From positions 970,521-1,034,520 of the forward strand of contig CAVWFP010000002.1 in the NCBI GenBank assembly GCA_963754325.1: a DNA stretch of 64,000 nucleotides, read 5' to 3'. The notes under the pieces were generated by a model. That model did not search any database. It had not been told where the DNA came from and saw nothing but the letters and a program-made list of their open reading frames with translations. Made by a program: the position numbers and the translations under genes. Source of the stretch: an uncultured Verrucomicrobiae bacterium (GTDB lineage: Bacteria; Verrucomicrobiota; Verrucomicrobiia; Chthoniobacterales; UBA10450). Position 1 is the first letter of the stretch; every line of letters begins with the position of its first letter. Shown in pieces: positions 1 to 11,415 of this stretch.

Positions 1-167
1 GAATCCTTCCCCATGGACCATGGCATGGCGATGTTCTTAAACGAGTGATAAGCCTCGCGAAAAATGAAGACGCTCTGGTTTTCCAGGACATCGAGATTTG
101 AGCGATTGGGCATGAGACTGTGGGTATCTTCTACTTGCGGCACCCTCCTGCAACCATACGTTGCCGC

Positions 168-704
168 ATGAGCGACGTCCGGCCGGCTGCCTACGACTCG
201 AAAATCGAGGGCAACATTATCTTTACTCGGCTCGATGCAGCTCTCAATTGGGTTCGCAAAAATTCTCTCTGGCCAATGCCAATGGGCCTGGCCTGTTGCG
301 CGATCGAACTAATGGCCACCGCCGCCTCCCGGTTCGACATTTCGCGTTTCGGCGCCGAGGTCATGCGATTTTCACCCAGGCAATGCGATGTCATGATCGT
401 CGCCGGGACCGTGACCTACAAGATGGCGCTGGCGGTCAAACGGATCTACGAGCAAATGCCCGAGCCGAAGTGGGTCATTGCCATGGGAGCCTGCGCCTCC
501 ACCGGTGGGATGTATCGGTCTTACGCGGTTTTGCAGGGAATCGATCAGTTGATTCCGGTCGATGTCTACGTCTCAGGCTGCCCCCCGCGTCCCGAAGCCT
601 TGCTCGAGGGCCTGATGAAATTGCAGCAGAAGATTTCCGGAGAAAAATCCTTTACCGGGCAAAAGCCGGAACTGGTCGCGAAACTCGACGAAGCGCTCCG
701 ATGA
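168..704 (+). CDS. nuoB: NADH-quinone oxidoreductase subunit B
   Basis: ORF 120..704. The translation has the NuoB cysteine motifs [17 protein letters not shown] and [12 protein letters not shown] at 168 is preferred over GTG at 120. Confidence 0.9.
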   Translation: MSDVRPAAYDSKIEGNIIFTRLDAALNWVRKNSLWPMPMGLACCAIELMATAASRFDISRFGAEVMRFSPRQCDVMIVAGTVTYKMALAVKRIYEQMPEPKWVIAMGACASTGGMYRSYAVLQGIDQLIPVDVYVSGCPPRPEALLEGLMKLQQKISGEKSFTGQKPELVAKLDEALR

Positions 705-1276
705 CCGGCCCCGAGCTCCTCAATTCGTTAAGCCAGCTCCTTGGCGCGAAACTTCTGAACAAAACCGAGTTTCGCGGCGAGACGACCTTTACGATTGCGG
801 CCGGGGACCTGCGCGAGGTGGCGAGGTTTTGTCGTGACGACCTTTCGTTCGACTACCTGATCGACGTCAGCAGCGTCGATAATTTTGGCGAAGAACCGCG
901 ATTTGAGATGATCTACGAGCTTTACTCGATGACGCTTTCGATTCACTTGCGATTGAAGGTTCGGATTCCCGAGGATCCGGCGGCTATCGACACCGTCTCC
1001 GATATCTGGCCGACGGCGAACTGGCATGAGCGCGAAGTCTTCGACATGATGGGAATCAAATTCAATGGTCACCCCGATCTTCGCCGCATCTTGATGTGGG
1101 ATGGTTATCCTTACTTTCCTCTTCGGAAAGAGTTTCCTCTCGAAGGTTTGCCGAGTGAGATGCCAGACGTTGCTTTCACCGCCGTGGCACCCATGGAGGG
1201 TGGCCCGTTCGTGACCATGCCTTCCACCGCGACGACCAAAGACCGGGAACCTCGGGCGCGACGCCCTGATTTATAA
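701..1276 (+). CDS. nuoC: NADH-quinone oxidoreductase subunit C
   Basis: Same frame as track ORF 161..1276, but NuoC-like sequence starts at ATG 701 (MTGPELL...). It contains [33 protein letters not shown] overlap with the nuoB stop. Confidence 0.85.
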   Translation: MTGPELLNSLSQLLGAKLLNKTEFRGETTFTIAAGDLREVARFCRDDLSFDYLIDVSSVDNFGEEPRFEMIYELYSMTLSIHLRLKVRIPEDPAAIDTVSDIWPTANWHEREVFDMMGIKFNGHPDLRRILMWDGYPYFPLRKEFPLEGLPSEMPDVAFTAVAPMEGGPFVTMPSTATTKDREPRARRPDL

Positions 1277-1350
1277 AATTTGTCGACTGCGGCGACGGGT
1301 CTCTGACCGTCGCAGGCATTTGTAGGCCCAATTGAGGAACAGCCCGAGAG

Positions 1351-2121
1351 CTAAATTCCTGGCAAGGCAGCGTTGAGCAACCGCCCAAAATGGCCTGCCG
1401 CGCCTTTGCCCGTCTCGAGCACTTCTTCATGGCTCAATGGGGTTGGCGAGATGCCGGCGGCGAAGTTGGTTAGGCACGAAAAGGCGGCCACGTTCATCCC
1501 AAGCGCACGCGCCTGGATCGCCTCGAGGACCGTCGACATTCCGATCGCGTCGGCTCCAAGCTTTTGAATCATGCGCACTTCCGCAGGTGTCTCATATTGA
1601 GGCCCGAGCAGCCCCGCGTAGATCCCTTCATGTAGCAGAACCCCGGCTTGCTTGGCCGCATTTCGGAAAATCTCGCGCAACTTCAGCGAATAGGCCGCCG
1701 ACATATCGATAAAATGCGGGCCACCTAACAAAGGGGTCGTTCCGGTCAAATTCAGGTGGTCGTTGATCATCATCCATGTTCCGGGCGCGAACTGCGGATT
1801 AGCCGATCCGGCGGCATTGGTCAGAATAAGATTCGTCATCCCCGCGTCGCCTAATGTCCGCACGATCGCGGTGACGGCCCTGGCGTCGTGTCCTTCGTAA
1901 AGATGAACACGTCCCTGAGCGAAGATGACTTTAACCCCACCAACCTCGCAGAGGGCGAATCGGCCGGCGTGACCCGGACACGATGGCTTGGGAATTTCGC
2001 TAAACTCCGTGTAGGCAAGGCTCTCTGTTGGGTGGTCCGGAACGATCGGGTTCAGCCCCGATCCCAGGATGATCCCGGCGGTCGCCCCCCAATCTTTCAG
2101 TCGCTGAGTCGAGTCCTTCAC
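1351..2121 (-). CDS. purine nucleoside phosphorylase (trimeric PNP/MTAP family)
   Basis: ORF 1351..2313. PNP-like blocks IILGSGLN, GRVHLYEG, LTNAAGS and GPQYETPAE. The GTG at 2121 forms a GTGA overlap with the upstream gene's stop, giving a typical length of about 257 aa. Confidence 0.8.
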   Translation of the reverse strand: MKDSTQRLKDWGATAGIILGSGLNPIVPDHPTESLAYTEFSEIPKPSCPGHAGRFALCEVGGVKVIFAQGRVHLYEGHDARAVTAIVRTLGDAGMTNLILTNAAGSANPQFAPGTWMMINDHLNLTGTTPLLGGPHFIDMSAAYSLKLREIFRNAAKQAGVLLHEGIYAGLLGPQYETPAEVRMIQKLGADAIGMSTVLEAIQARALGMNVAAFSCLTNFAAGISPTPLSHEEVLETGKGAAGHFGRLLNAALPGI

Positions 2122-3782
2122 GCGGCCGAAACCGGAGGCGCCGACGCCGGCTTCTTCGTTGCCACCATGACATCGGTCCCGATACTTTCCTCGCGAGGTG
2201 TCGCGTACTTCGATTCCGCCTTGGGATAGGCAATCCGGCTGTGCAACATGGTCATGAGTGTAAAACGGAACCGTTCGGCGATGATTCGCAAATCGCCCAG
2301 AGTCAGCTCGCACTCATCGAGTTGACCGTCGGCGACACGTTCCTCAATCAATTCGTTAACCAGCTGCTCGACCTTCTGGGGCGTCGGTTTCGAGAGACTT
2401 CGCGAGGCGCTTTCCACCATATCGGCCAGGCTGACGATCGCGCTCTCTTTGCTTTGCGGTTTTGGGCCGGGATAACGGAAGCTCTCTTCGCGCACCTCGG
2501 GAATGTCTTCCTCGCGCATGTTCATGATCTTTCCGCCGGCGCGAGCGTCTTCCTGATGTTGCAGGGCGCGCTGGTAGAAATAATAGACTAACGAAGTGCC
2601 GTGATGTTCCTGGATAATGTCGATGATCCGGTGATTGAGCTTGTTCTTCAGGGCGAGATCGACGCCTTCCTTCACGTGCGCGATAATGATGAGCGCGCTC
2701 ATCGTCGGCGCGAGGTCGTCGTGCGGATTTCGTTCGAAGTTCATGTTCTCGGTGAAATATTCCGGTTTCACCAGTTTGCCGACGTCGTGAAAGTAAGAGC
2801 AAACACGGCAGGCGGTTGCGTTCGCGCCGATCGCCTCAGCCGCGGCCTCGGCAAGGTTGGCCACCACCAGACTGTGATGGTAGGTCCCGGGCGCTTCAAT
2901 CGTCATCCGCCGGAGAAGCGGATGATTCAGATCCGACGCTTCCAGCCAGGAGATGTCGGTCGTGATCTGAAAAAGCTGCTCGAGAAGAGGCAGGGCGCCG
3001 CCGACGAGCATGGCCGTCAGGATTCCGTTTCCAATCGCGTAGGCGCTTTGCAGACCGATCATTCGCCAGTCATTCTCGCCAAAGGCGGGCAGGTTGATCG
3101 GGCCGATCAGGCCGAAAGCGAGCGACAACAGCCAGATGGCGATGCCTACCCCAAAGCCAGCGCGCATCAGTTTGCTCCGGCGACGGACCTGGAGCGTCAA
3201 TGAGACCGCCGTAAATCCGCTGATCAGGCTCGTCACGAGCAAGGGCGCATCGATGGCGCCGAAGAGAACGCTGCTGAAAAGGCTAACGAACACGGCAGCG
3301 TAAAGGCCGTGGTTGCGTCCAAGCAACACACTAAACGCGAGCGGCGCGAAGGCGTAGGGGGTTACCAGTCCCGCCGTCTCCGGCCTCAGGATTCGGTAAT
3401 GGCCGCTATTACAAATCACCAGCAACAGTTTCGTCACCGCGAGCTGGAGGAGAATGATCCCGAAAACCAACAGGATGCGCGAAGTTCGCGAAAAGGTCTG
3501 GGGTTGATTGATCCAAAGCTGGACCAGGGCCGTCGCGAGAAAGAGCAGCGCGATCACGAAATTCTTCGTCGGCTCAACCACGAGCCCGCGATTCATGGGC
3601 GACTGTTGACCGCTGAAAACGAGGAAAGCGAGACCGGCCGCGAAGAGCGCGATCACGAAAACCTTGGCCGACGGCGAGCGCTCGAGCGTGAACAGGAGCT
3701 CGTTTCGCGTCCGTCGGCGCCGCGTCTTCTTGGAAGCAAGACCGCGCCGGACAAGCTGACCGCGTTTGAGAAAATCGAACAA
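2118..3782 (-). CDS. 7TM membrane protein with intracellular HD/HDIG phosphohydrolase domain (PgpH/YqfF-like)
   Basis: 554 aa. The N-terminal half is multiple hydrophobic helices. The C-terminal half has HD-domain motifs (HHSLVVANL, FHDVGK, IIAHVKEG, QEHHG). It sits directly downstream of phoH, which is the usual arrangement. Confidence 0.75.
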   Translation of the reverse strand: MFDFLKRGQLVRRGLASKKTRRRRTRNELLFTLERSPSAKVFVIALFAAGLAFLVFSGQQSPMNRGLVVEPTKNFVIALLFLATALVQLWINQPQTFSRTSRILLVFGIILLQLAVTKLLLVICNSGHYRILRPETAGLVTPYAFAPLAFSVLLGRNHGLYAAVFVSLFSSVLFGAIDAPLLVTSLISGFTAVSLTLQVRRRSKLMRAGFGVGIAIWLLSLAFGLIGPINLPAFGENDWRMIGLQSAYAIGNGILTAMLVGGALPLLEQLFQITTDISWLEASDLNHPLLRRMTIEAPGTYHHSLVVANLAEAAAEAIGANATACRVCSYFHDVGKLVKPEYFTENMNFERNPHDDLAPTMSALIIIAHVKEGVDLALKNKLNHRIIDIIQEHHGTSLVYYFYQRALQHQEDARAGGKIMNMREEDIPEVREESFRYPGPKPQSKESAIVSLADMVESASRSLSKPTPQKVEQLVNELIEERVADGQLDECELTLGDLRIIAERFRFTLMTMLHSRIAYPKAESKYATPREESIGTDVMVATKKPASAPPVSAA

Positions 3783-3784
3783 GG

Positions 3785-4759
3785 CTATTTGCGTGCGCCC
3801 GGCGCTGGCGACCGGTGCTGTTGATAGGCGTTGATGATCGACCTGACCAACTCATGTCTCACGACATCGCGGTCGTTGAAATAAACCATCGCGATTCCAG
3901 GAACGCTTTTGAGCGCCTGCAAGGCTTCGACCAGTCCGGATCGTTTGTTAGGCGGTAAATCGACCTGCGTGACGTCGCCCGTGACCACGCACTTTGAATT
4001 GTACCCGATTCGAGTCAGGAGCATGAACATTTGTTCCGTGGTGGTGTTTTGCGCCTCGTCCAGAATGACGAATGCATTCCCGAGAGTCCGCCCCCGCATA
4101 TACGCCAAAGGTGCAATCTCGATCGTTTGTCGCGCCACTAGTCGTTCGATCTCATCCGGCTCGAGCATGTCATGTAACGCGTCGTACAATGGGCGCAGGT
4201 AAGGCGTGATTTTTTCCTGAAGATCACCCGGCAGAAAACCGAGCGCCTCTCCGGCTTCGACGGCCGGTCGAGTGAGAATAATTCGGCTGACCTGTTCCTT
4301 CTTCAGCGCCGCCACTGCCATGGCTACCGCGAGATATGTTTTGCCGGTTCCGGCGGGACCAATCCCAAACACGACGTCGTGATGTTGAATAGCCTCGACA
4401 TACGAACGCTGACCGGCCGAGCGGGCTACGATGGCCGGCTTGCGGGCCGAGGTCGTAATCTTTGTGCTGACAACTTCGCCCAGATTTTCGTCGCGGGATT
4501 CTGCCACGGAATTTAAAGCGTAGCTAAATTCATGCTTGTGAATGTCCACTCCGCGCTGCCGGGCGCTCTCGAGCTGATCGAAAACTCGCTGAGCCTTGTC
4601 CAGGCCGGCTGGCTCTCCTTCGAGCTTCACCCAACCTTCACGAGTAGTCACCTTGACTCCGAGCGAGTCCTCCATCGTTTTGAGAAGTTTGAAGTCGTTC
4701 GCATAAAGCGATTGCAGAGCGCGGGCGCTCTCGAACTGCAGCGTGCGTGTTTCACTCAT
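3785..4759 (-). CDS. phoH: PhoH-family ATPase
   Basis: 324 aa. Walker A GPAGTGKTY, ILDEAQN, and the VTGDVTQVDLP PhoH signature. Confidence 0.9.
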   Translation of the reverse strand: MSETRTLQFESARALQSLYANDFKLLKTMEDSLGVKVTTREGWVKLEGEPAGLDKAQRVFDQLESARQRGVDIHKHEFSYALNSVAESRDENLGEVVSTKITTSARKPAIVARSAGQRSYVEAIQHHDVVFGIGPAGTGKTYLAVAMAVAALKKEQVSRIILTRPAVEAGEALGFLPGDLQEKITPYLRPLYDALHDMLEPDEIERLVARQTIEIAPLAYMRGRTLGNAFVILDEAQNTTTEQMFMLLTRIGYNSKCVVTGDVTQVDLPPNKRSGLVEALQALKSVPGIAMVYFNDRDVVRHELVRSIINAYQQHRSPAPGARK

Positions 4760-4888
4760 GGCCTAACGAAATGCAACGCCGGACTGGGCAAACCACGGGC
4801 CGGGATCGCCGGATCGATGAACCGCCGAACGCGACAGATCTGTCTGTGAATGTTGCGAGCGACAGTGCTCTGGCCTTTCGCGATTCAA

Positions 4889-5338
4889 TCAACGGAAGCC
4901 GTAAACCAGGGCCCAGTGCGTCCGTTCCTCCGTCGACTCCTCGATGGCCACGATGATAAAATAACTGCCGGTGGCTTTGGGAATGATGTGCGCCGCGGCA
5001 AAGTGTCCTTTCTCCCAGCCGTCCGTCTGTTCCGCCAGTTTCCCTTCGGAATCGTAGATGTGAACGGACACCTTGGCGCGTTCGACCTCTGTCCCCATCC
5101 AAAACCAGTATTCGTTGCCTTTGAAGAGTTGCTGGCGAACGGCCTTCTTCTCCCCTACCCCGAGATCGCCGCCCCAGTAGTCCTCCCGGACCTGGAACCC
5201 TTCCTTCACGTAAGGTTCGGCGGCTTGAAGCGCGAAGGATTGCGCGTCGTCCACTGAGGCGCGGGCCGCGAAAAAAGCCACGCCAAAAGAAGCAACGAGC
5301 AAACTTCGCGCGATGAATAGATGCAAAGAGCGCTTCAT
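4889..5338 (-). CDS. hypothetical secreted protein
   Basis: 149-aa ORF with an N-terminal signal-like segment (MKRSLHLFIARSLLVASFGVAFFAARA). No family recognised. Confidence 0.5.
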   Translation of the reverse strand: MKRSLHLFIARSLLVASFGVAFFAARASVDDAQSFALQAAEPYVKEGFQVREDYWGGDLGVGEKKAVRQQLFKGNEYWFWMGTEVERAKVSVHIYDSEGKLAEQTDGWEKGHFAAAHIIPKATGSYFIIVAIEESTEERTHWALVYGFR

Positions 5339-5348
5339 TTGGGCCCCC

Positions 5349-6152
5349 TTATTCTTTCGTCACGATGGCGTTATCCAGCCGGGTCGTAATGTCGTTGATC
5401 TTCTTGACTGACTCTGGAGAAATTCTCTGGGTCGGAGTGATATCGATGAGCGGCTTCACTTCGACAAGTGCCCCGTGGATCTGTTTAAGTAATTCCAGTT
5501 TAAACTCCGGCATGGCCTTTAATTTGTCCTGGAAATAGGAAAGCAAATCGGGCTGATGAAGAAGTTCGGCGCCGTTCGGGGAATAATTCTTAGTCACTAC
5601 GGCGGTTAACACTTCTGTGCCGCGCAGCCAGCCACCGAGGCTGACGAGTTGCGACAATTGCTGATCGTGCACTTCATTCATGGCCTGCTGAACGCTGTTC
5701 TGCGTTGCGTCAAGTTCGGAGCGAACATTCTCCCACCGACTTTTGTCCGCCGATTCCATGATCGCTTTTGCATGGGAGGTGATGGAATTGCCCACTCCAA
5801 TTGCTGTCGAAAGCTTAAGCACGCGCTGGCCTATGTCTTTCACTGCCGGCGCATCCTTTGCCTGAACCGCGATAAACCCGTCGGCAATGACCGAGCCGAG
5901 CAAAAGGGCAATCCGCGGGCGTTCCGTAAAGTTATTGCCGCGGTCGGCGCGCACATATTCCTTCCAGTTCACGGAACCGAGCTTGTTAAGCGCCCCGAAC
6001 ACTTCGTTCGGCAATGGCACCACCACATCTTCCACCCGGGTGGAGTATTTGGTCACATCGATACTCTTGGGGGCCGTGGCCGCGTGGGCGGTTAATGTCA
6101 TCGCCGCGAGGGCGATACTGCTAAAATTCAGGTATTGAACGAATTGAGTCAT
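5349..6152 (-). CDS. hypothetical secreted, mostly helical protein
   Basis: 267-aa ORF with a signal-like N-terminus (SSIALAAMTLTAHAAT). It lies 10 nt upstream of the previous ORF on the same strand. No family recognised. Confidence 0.5.
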   Translation of the reverse strand: MTQFVQYLNFSSIALAAMTLTAHAATAPKSIDVTKYSTRVEDVVVPLPNEVFGALNKLGSVNWKEYVRADRGNNFTERPRIALLLGSVIADGFIAVQAKDAPAVKDIGQRVLKLSTAIGVGNSITSHAKAIMESADKSRWENVRSELDATQNSVQQAMNEVHDQQLSQLVSLGGWLRGTEVLTAVVTKNYSPNGAELLHQPDLLSYFQDKLKAMPEFKLELLKQIHGALVEVKPLIDITPTQRISPESVKKINDITTRLDNAIVTKE

Positions 6153-6424
6153 CGGAAGCTTCGACTGTTGGTTTGGCGATCCTATTCAGGTTTACTGGCG
6201 GGAACTCTAGGCATTTTTGCTTCAACGTCTAGCAAGTGTCCTGCGCCGGACCGGAGGCGCGGGAGGTTGAGTGGTGACCCAGAGTTTGAGCCCGCCGTCC
6301 AACCGGCGAGAGATGAAGACAGAGTGAGCATGCAGCGCGGGACAAATTCTGAACGTTGGGAAACACGACATTTTGACGTTCCGTAAGTTTCTGGCAACGA
6401 TAGGCTGCGCTACAAGTGCAATTT

Positions 6425-7435
6425 ATGACAACCAACCGTCTCCACACAATTCTTAAAGAGGCGGCTGCCAAGCGACTGCTGGTTATCGGCGATCTGATGC
6501 TCGACGAGTTCGTTTGGGGCAAGGTTGGGCGCATCTCGCCGGAAGCCCCCGTCCCAGTGGTCGAAGTGACCGGCGAATCGTTCTACCCGGGCGGCGCCGC
6601 CAACGTCGCGCGTAATCTGCGGGAGTTTGTCGCGAATGCCTCCGTCATCGGCCTTATCGGCTCGGACAGCCGGGGTCGGCAGCTGCGCGACCTTCTCAAG
6701 GAAGAGGGCATCGACACTTCCGACGTTGTCGAAGAGCCGAAATTTCAGACCATCGTGAAGACGCGCATCATCGCCCGTCATCAACAGGTCGTACGTGTCG
6801 ATCGCGAGGCGGTTGGCCCGTTGGCGGCCAAACATGTCGCTACCGTGGCGGCGGCCGTCCGCAAAAAGCTTGGTTCAATCGACGCCATTATCTTTGAGGA
6901 TTACGGCAAAGGCTTTATCGGCGGGGAACTCGTCGCCAAGATTGTTAAAGACGCCGCCGACGCCGGCAAGATTGTGGCGGCCGATCCGAATCCGAAAAAT
7001 TCCCTGGATTGGAGCGGCACGACGGTGGTGAAACCAAATCGATCTGAAGCCTTCGCCGCTGCCGGAATCCTCCCGCATGACCGTGACTGCGAGCCGGAGG
7101 AAGATGCGGATCTTCTGAAGGTGGGAGAGATCCTTCTCAACAAGTGGAAGACAAACCTTGTTCTTATCACGTTAGGCGAGCACGGAATGATGCTTTTCCA
7201 AAAGGGCGAGGCGCCGCATCACATTCCGACCAAGGCCCGCCAGGTATTTGATGTCTCTGGCGCGGGCGACACTGCCATCGCACTTTTCACTCTCGCGCTC
7301 GCCAGCGGCGCGACGCCCACCGAGGCCGCCGAAGTTGCCAACCACGCCAGCGCCGTCGTTGTCGGCAAACTCGGAACGGCCACGGTCACTCGGGACGAAT
7401 TGATTTCCAGTTTCCAATCAGAATCCACCATTTGA
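6425..7435 (+). CDS. hldA: D-glycero-beta-D-manno-heptose-7-phosphate kinase (RfaE domain I / PfkB fold)
   Basis: ORF 6416..7435. LLVIGDLMLDEFVWGKVGRISPEAPVPVVEV is typical of the HldE kinase domain, and the C-terminal DVSGAGDT is a PfkB motif. ATG at 6425 is preferred. Confidence 0.75.
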   Translation: MTTNRLHTILKEAAAKRLLVIGDLMLDEFVWGKVGRISPEAPVPVVEVTGESFYPGGAANVARNLREFVANASVIGLIGSDSRGRQLRDLLKEEGIDTSDVVEEPKFQTIVKTRIIARHQQVVRVDREAVGPLAAKHVATVAAAVRKKLGSIDAIIFEDYGKGFIGGELVAKIVKDAADAGKIVAADPNPKNSLDWSGTTVVKPNRSEAFAAAGILPHDRDCEPEEDADLLKVGEILLNKWKTNLVLITLGEHGMMLFQKGEAPHHIPTKARQVFDVSGAGDTAIALFTLALASGATPTEAAEVANHASAVVVGKLGTATVTRDELISSFQSESTI

Positions 7436-7974
7436 AGCAGTCTCCGCAGTCTTCAGCCCGGGCTGTCTTTTTCGATCGCGACGGTACTTTAATGCGCGAT
7501 GCGGATTACTGCGATGATCCCGCCAAGGTGGAAGTCTTTCCCGGTGCGGGCGATGCGCTCCGGCAGTTGAAAGATCGCGGCTTCAAAATCGTCGTGATTA
7601 CCAATCAAAGCGGGATCGGGCGCGGGTATATGACCGAAGAAGATTACCGAGCTGTGGAAAGTGAATTTGAATCGCAGTTAGGCAGCGACGTGATCGAGGC
7701 GACTTACTTTTGTCCGCACTCTCCAGATGAGTCATGCGACTGCCGAAAACCAGAGCCCGGAATGCTTCGACAAGCGGCGGAAGAACATCAAATCGATCTG
7801 ACGAAGTCTTATTTCGTGGGAGACAAGGACAGCGACATCGCGTGCGGCAAGCGCGCCGGTACAAAAACGATCCTTGTCGAGACCGGCTACGGTCGCTCCG
7901 CAGACCATAATTTACCGGAGGCCGTCGCCGCCGACATCAACGCCGCCGTGCAGATCATTCTGGCAAGTTCGTAA
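7432..7974 (+). CDS. gmhB: D-glycero-D-manno-heptose-1,7-bisphosphate phosphatase (HAD superfamily)
   Basis: 180 aa. FFDRDGTL HAD motif I, ITNQSG, and CPHSPDESCDCRKPEPGM (the Zn-binding GmhB signature). TTGA overlap with the hldA stop. Confidence 0.85.
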   Translation: MKQSPQSSARAVFFDRDGTLMRDADYCDDPAKVEVFPGAGDALRQLKDRGFKIVVITNQSGIGRGYMTEEDYRAVESEFESQLGSDVIEATYFCPHSPDESCDCRKPEPGMLRQAAEEHQIDLTKSYFVGDKDSDIACGKRAGTKTILVETGYGRSADHNLPEAVAADINAAVQIILASS

Positions 7975-8045
7975 CCGTCATAGTGGAGATCCGGGACGAC
8001 CCCGTTCCGATCAAATCCCTTCGAGCCGGTGAGCTCGCTCGATGA

Positions 8046-8933
8046 TTGCAGGGAGGAACCCTGGTCGTCCTAAGTTTGCAATTTACAATCGCGCCCGTAG
8101 CGCCCTTTGTGTTCGTAGTGCGAACCAACCCGCCATCGACAATCGGCAATCCGAAATCTGGCAAAGTCCTCGCGGTCATCCCGGCTCGCTACGCTTCCAC
8201 GCGGTTCCCGGGAAAATCGCTCTTCCCGATCGCCGGCGTATCTCTCCTGCGACGCGTCTGGGAACGTTGTCGCAAGGCGCGCACGATCGATCGTTTGGTT
8301 ATCGCCACCGACGATGCCCGCATCTGGCGAGTGGCCGCGCAAATGGGTGCCGACGTTGTCCTGACCTCGAAAGATCATACGAGCGGAACCGATCGCGTCG
8401 CCGAGGTCGCCCGCACGGCGCGGGATTTTGCGTACATTATTAATATCCAAGGCGACGAGCCCTTGATCGACCCGCGGGTCATCGACGCCCTTGTGCGGCT
8501 GCTCAAATCCAAACCCCAAATCGGAATGGTCACCGCGGCACATCCTTTTTCGCGACCGGCCGATGTCTCCTCTCCACACCAGGTCAAGGTGACGATCGAC
8601 AAAACCGGCTTGGCCCTGAATTTCTCCCGGAAGGCGATTCCCGGACGTCCCCTGGCGAAGACCGCTTCCAAGACAAAGGCTGGGAAATCCGTCTTCTTCC
8701 GTCACCAGGGGATTTACGGGTTCCGCCGCAAGACGCTTTTGGATTTCGTGCGCTGGAAACCATCGCCGCGCGAGGAGGTCGAGCGACTCGAGCAATTGCG
8801 GGCTTTAGAAAATGGTGTAACTGTTCATGTGCTCGTCACGAAACAGGGTTCACCTGGCGTAGACACGCCGGAAGACGCAGCCGCGCTCGAGAAAATCATC
8901 AATCGCGCGGAGAAAAAGGGAGTCTCGCGATGA
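8046..8933 (+). CDS. kdsB: 3-deoxy-manno-octulosonate cytidylyltransferase (CMP-KDO synthetase)
   Basis: Contains VIPARYASTRFPGKSL and INIQGDEPLI. The true start is uncertain because the conserved core begins about 40 codons after the TTG at 8046. Confidence 0.8.
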   Translation: MQGGTLVVLSLQFTIAPVAPFVFVVRTNPPSTIGNPKSGKVLAVIPARYASTRFPGKSLFPIAGVSLLRRVWERCRKARTIDRLVIATDDARIWRVAAQMGADVVLTSKDHTSGTDRVAEVARTARDFAYIINIQGDEPLIDPRVIDALVRLLKSKPQIGMVTAAHPFSRPADVSSPHQVKVTIDKTGLALNFSRKAIPGRPLAKTASKTKAGKSVFFRHQGIYGFRRKTLLDFVRWKPSPREEVERLEQLRALENGVTVHVLVTKQGSPGVDTPEDAAALEKIINRAEKKGVSR

Positions 8934-9015
8934 TTTTTCGCTCTTCTGTCGCGGCGATCTTGGAGGGACGAGCTCGTCTCCTCCGCTCTTACAGCCAGAA
9001 TTTGGAGTTCAGTAA

Positions 9016-10617
<1,602 letters not shown>

Positions 10618-10703
10618 TCCTTTTGTAGGGCGATCACTTTGTCCGCGATTGTTAGTGGCGGCCGACCTCCCGCTCGAGAGCCTCGGTCCTGACTCAGACT
10701 TGT

Positions 10704-10931
10704 ATGAATAAAACTGAAGATGAGTGGACCAAGACTTGGCTGGACTCGGTCGCCGACGGTTCCAACACGATGAGTCAGCGCAAACTCTCCTCGATCGAGA
10801 AGCGCGGCGGCGGGATCAGCGCCGTCAAAGCTTTGGCGAAGAGGAAGGGTATGCATTTGCTACTCCTCGAAGATGACAAAGGCAACGAACTGGTCGCCGC
10901 CAGTATGAAACCATTCAAGGTCGTTTGCTGA
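10704..10931 (+). CDS. hypothetical small protein
   Basis: 75-aa ORF in an otherwise empty gap. No family recognised. Confidence 0.35.
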   Translation: MNKTEDEWTKTWLDSVADGSNTMSQRKLSSIEKRGGGISAVKALAKRKGMHLLLLEDDKGNELVAASMKPFKVVC

Positions 10932-10953
10932 GGCGAGCCCAGCAAGGCAAACA

Positions 10954-11415
10954 ATGACCGACGAAGGCGGCGATCCATATCATCTCGAACGATTCGTCAG
11001 CGCTCAACGGGGCTCGTACGAGACCGCCTTGAGGGAGCTGCAGAACGGACAGAAGCGCAGCCACTGGATGTGGTTCGTGTTTCCTCAGGTCGCCGGCCTT
11101 GGGAGCAGTGCGATGGCCGATCGTTATGCCATCAAATCGAGAGCCGAAGCGGGGGCTTACCTGGCGCACCCGGCGCTCGGCGCGCGATTAAATGAATGCG
11201 CGAATGCACTGCTCCAGCTCAAAGGGCGAACGGCCGAGGAAATCATGGGCTATCCGGATGACCTGAAACTTCGGTCGTCAATGACACTCTTCGCGGCAGT
11301 GTCCCCGCCGGATTCGCCGTTTCAGAAGGTGCTCGAAATTTACTTCTCTGGAGTTCCCGACAATCGGACGATGGCCTTCCTGGCGGCGCGTGGCGACACT
11401 GACGCTTCAGATTAG
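10954..11415 (+). CDS. DUF1810-family protein
   Basis: 153 aa. LERFVSAQ...YETALRELQNGQKRSHWMWFVFPQ matches my recollection of DUF1810. Confidence 0.65.
   Translation: MTDEGGDPYHLERFVSAQRGSYETALRELQNGQKRSHWMWFVFPQVAGLGSSAMADRYAIKSRAEAGAYLAHPALGARLNECANALLQLKGRTAEEIMGYPDDLKLRSSMTLFAAVSPPDSPFQKVLEIYFSGVPDNRTMAFLAARGDTDASD

Noticed and set aside
161-700. Long upstream extension of the nuoC frame (track ORF 161..1276) overlapping nuoB.
   Set aside because: The overlapping frame encodes an authentic NuoB. NuoC-like sequence begins only at ATG 701. The extension is Arg-rich and is a typical off-frame artefact of G+C-rich DNA.
8070-8795. Long antisense ORFs opposite well-supported genes. Examples are 8070..8795, 9571..10131, 20419..21126, 28809..29435, 48923..49714, 52298..52942, 54581..55279 and 60397..60909.
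   Set aside because: Each fully overlaps a gene with clear family motifs on the other strand, and their translations are Arg/Gly/Ala-biased. This is expected in G+C-rich DNA, where stop codons are scarce.
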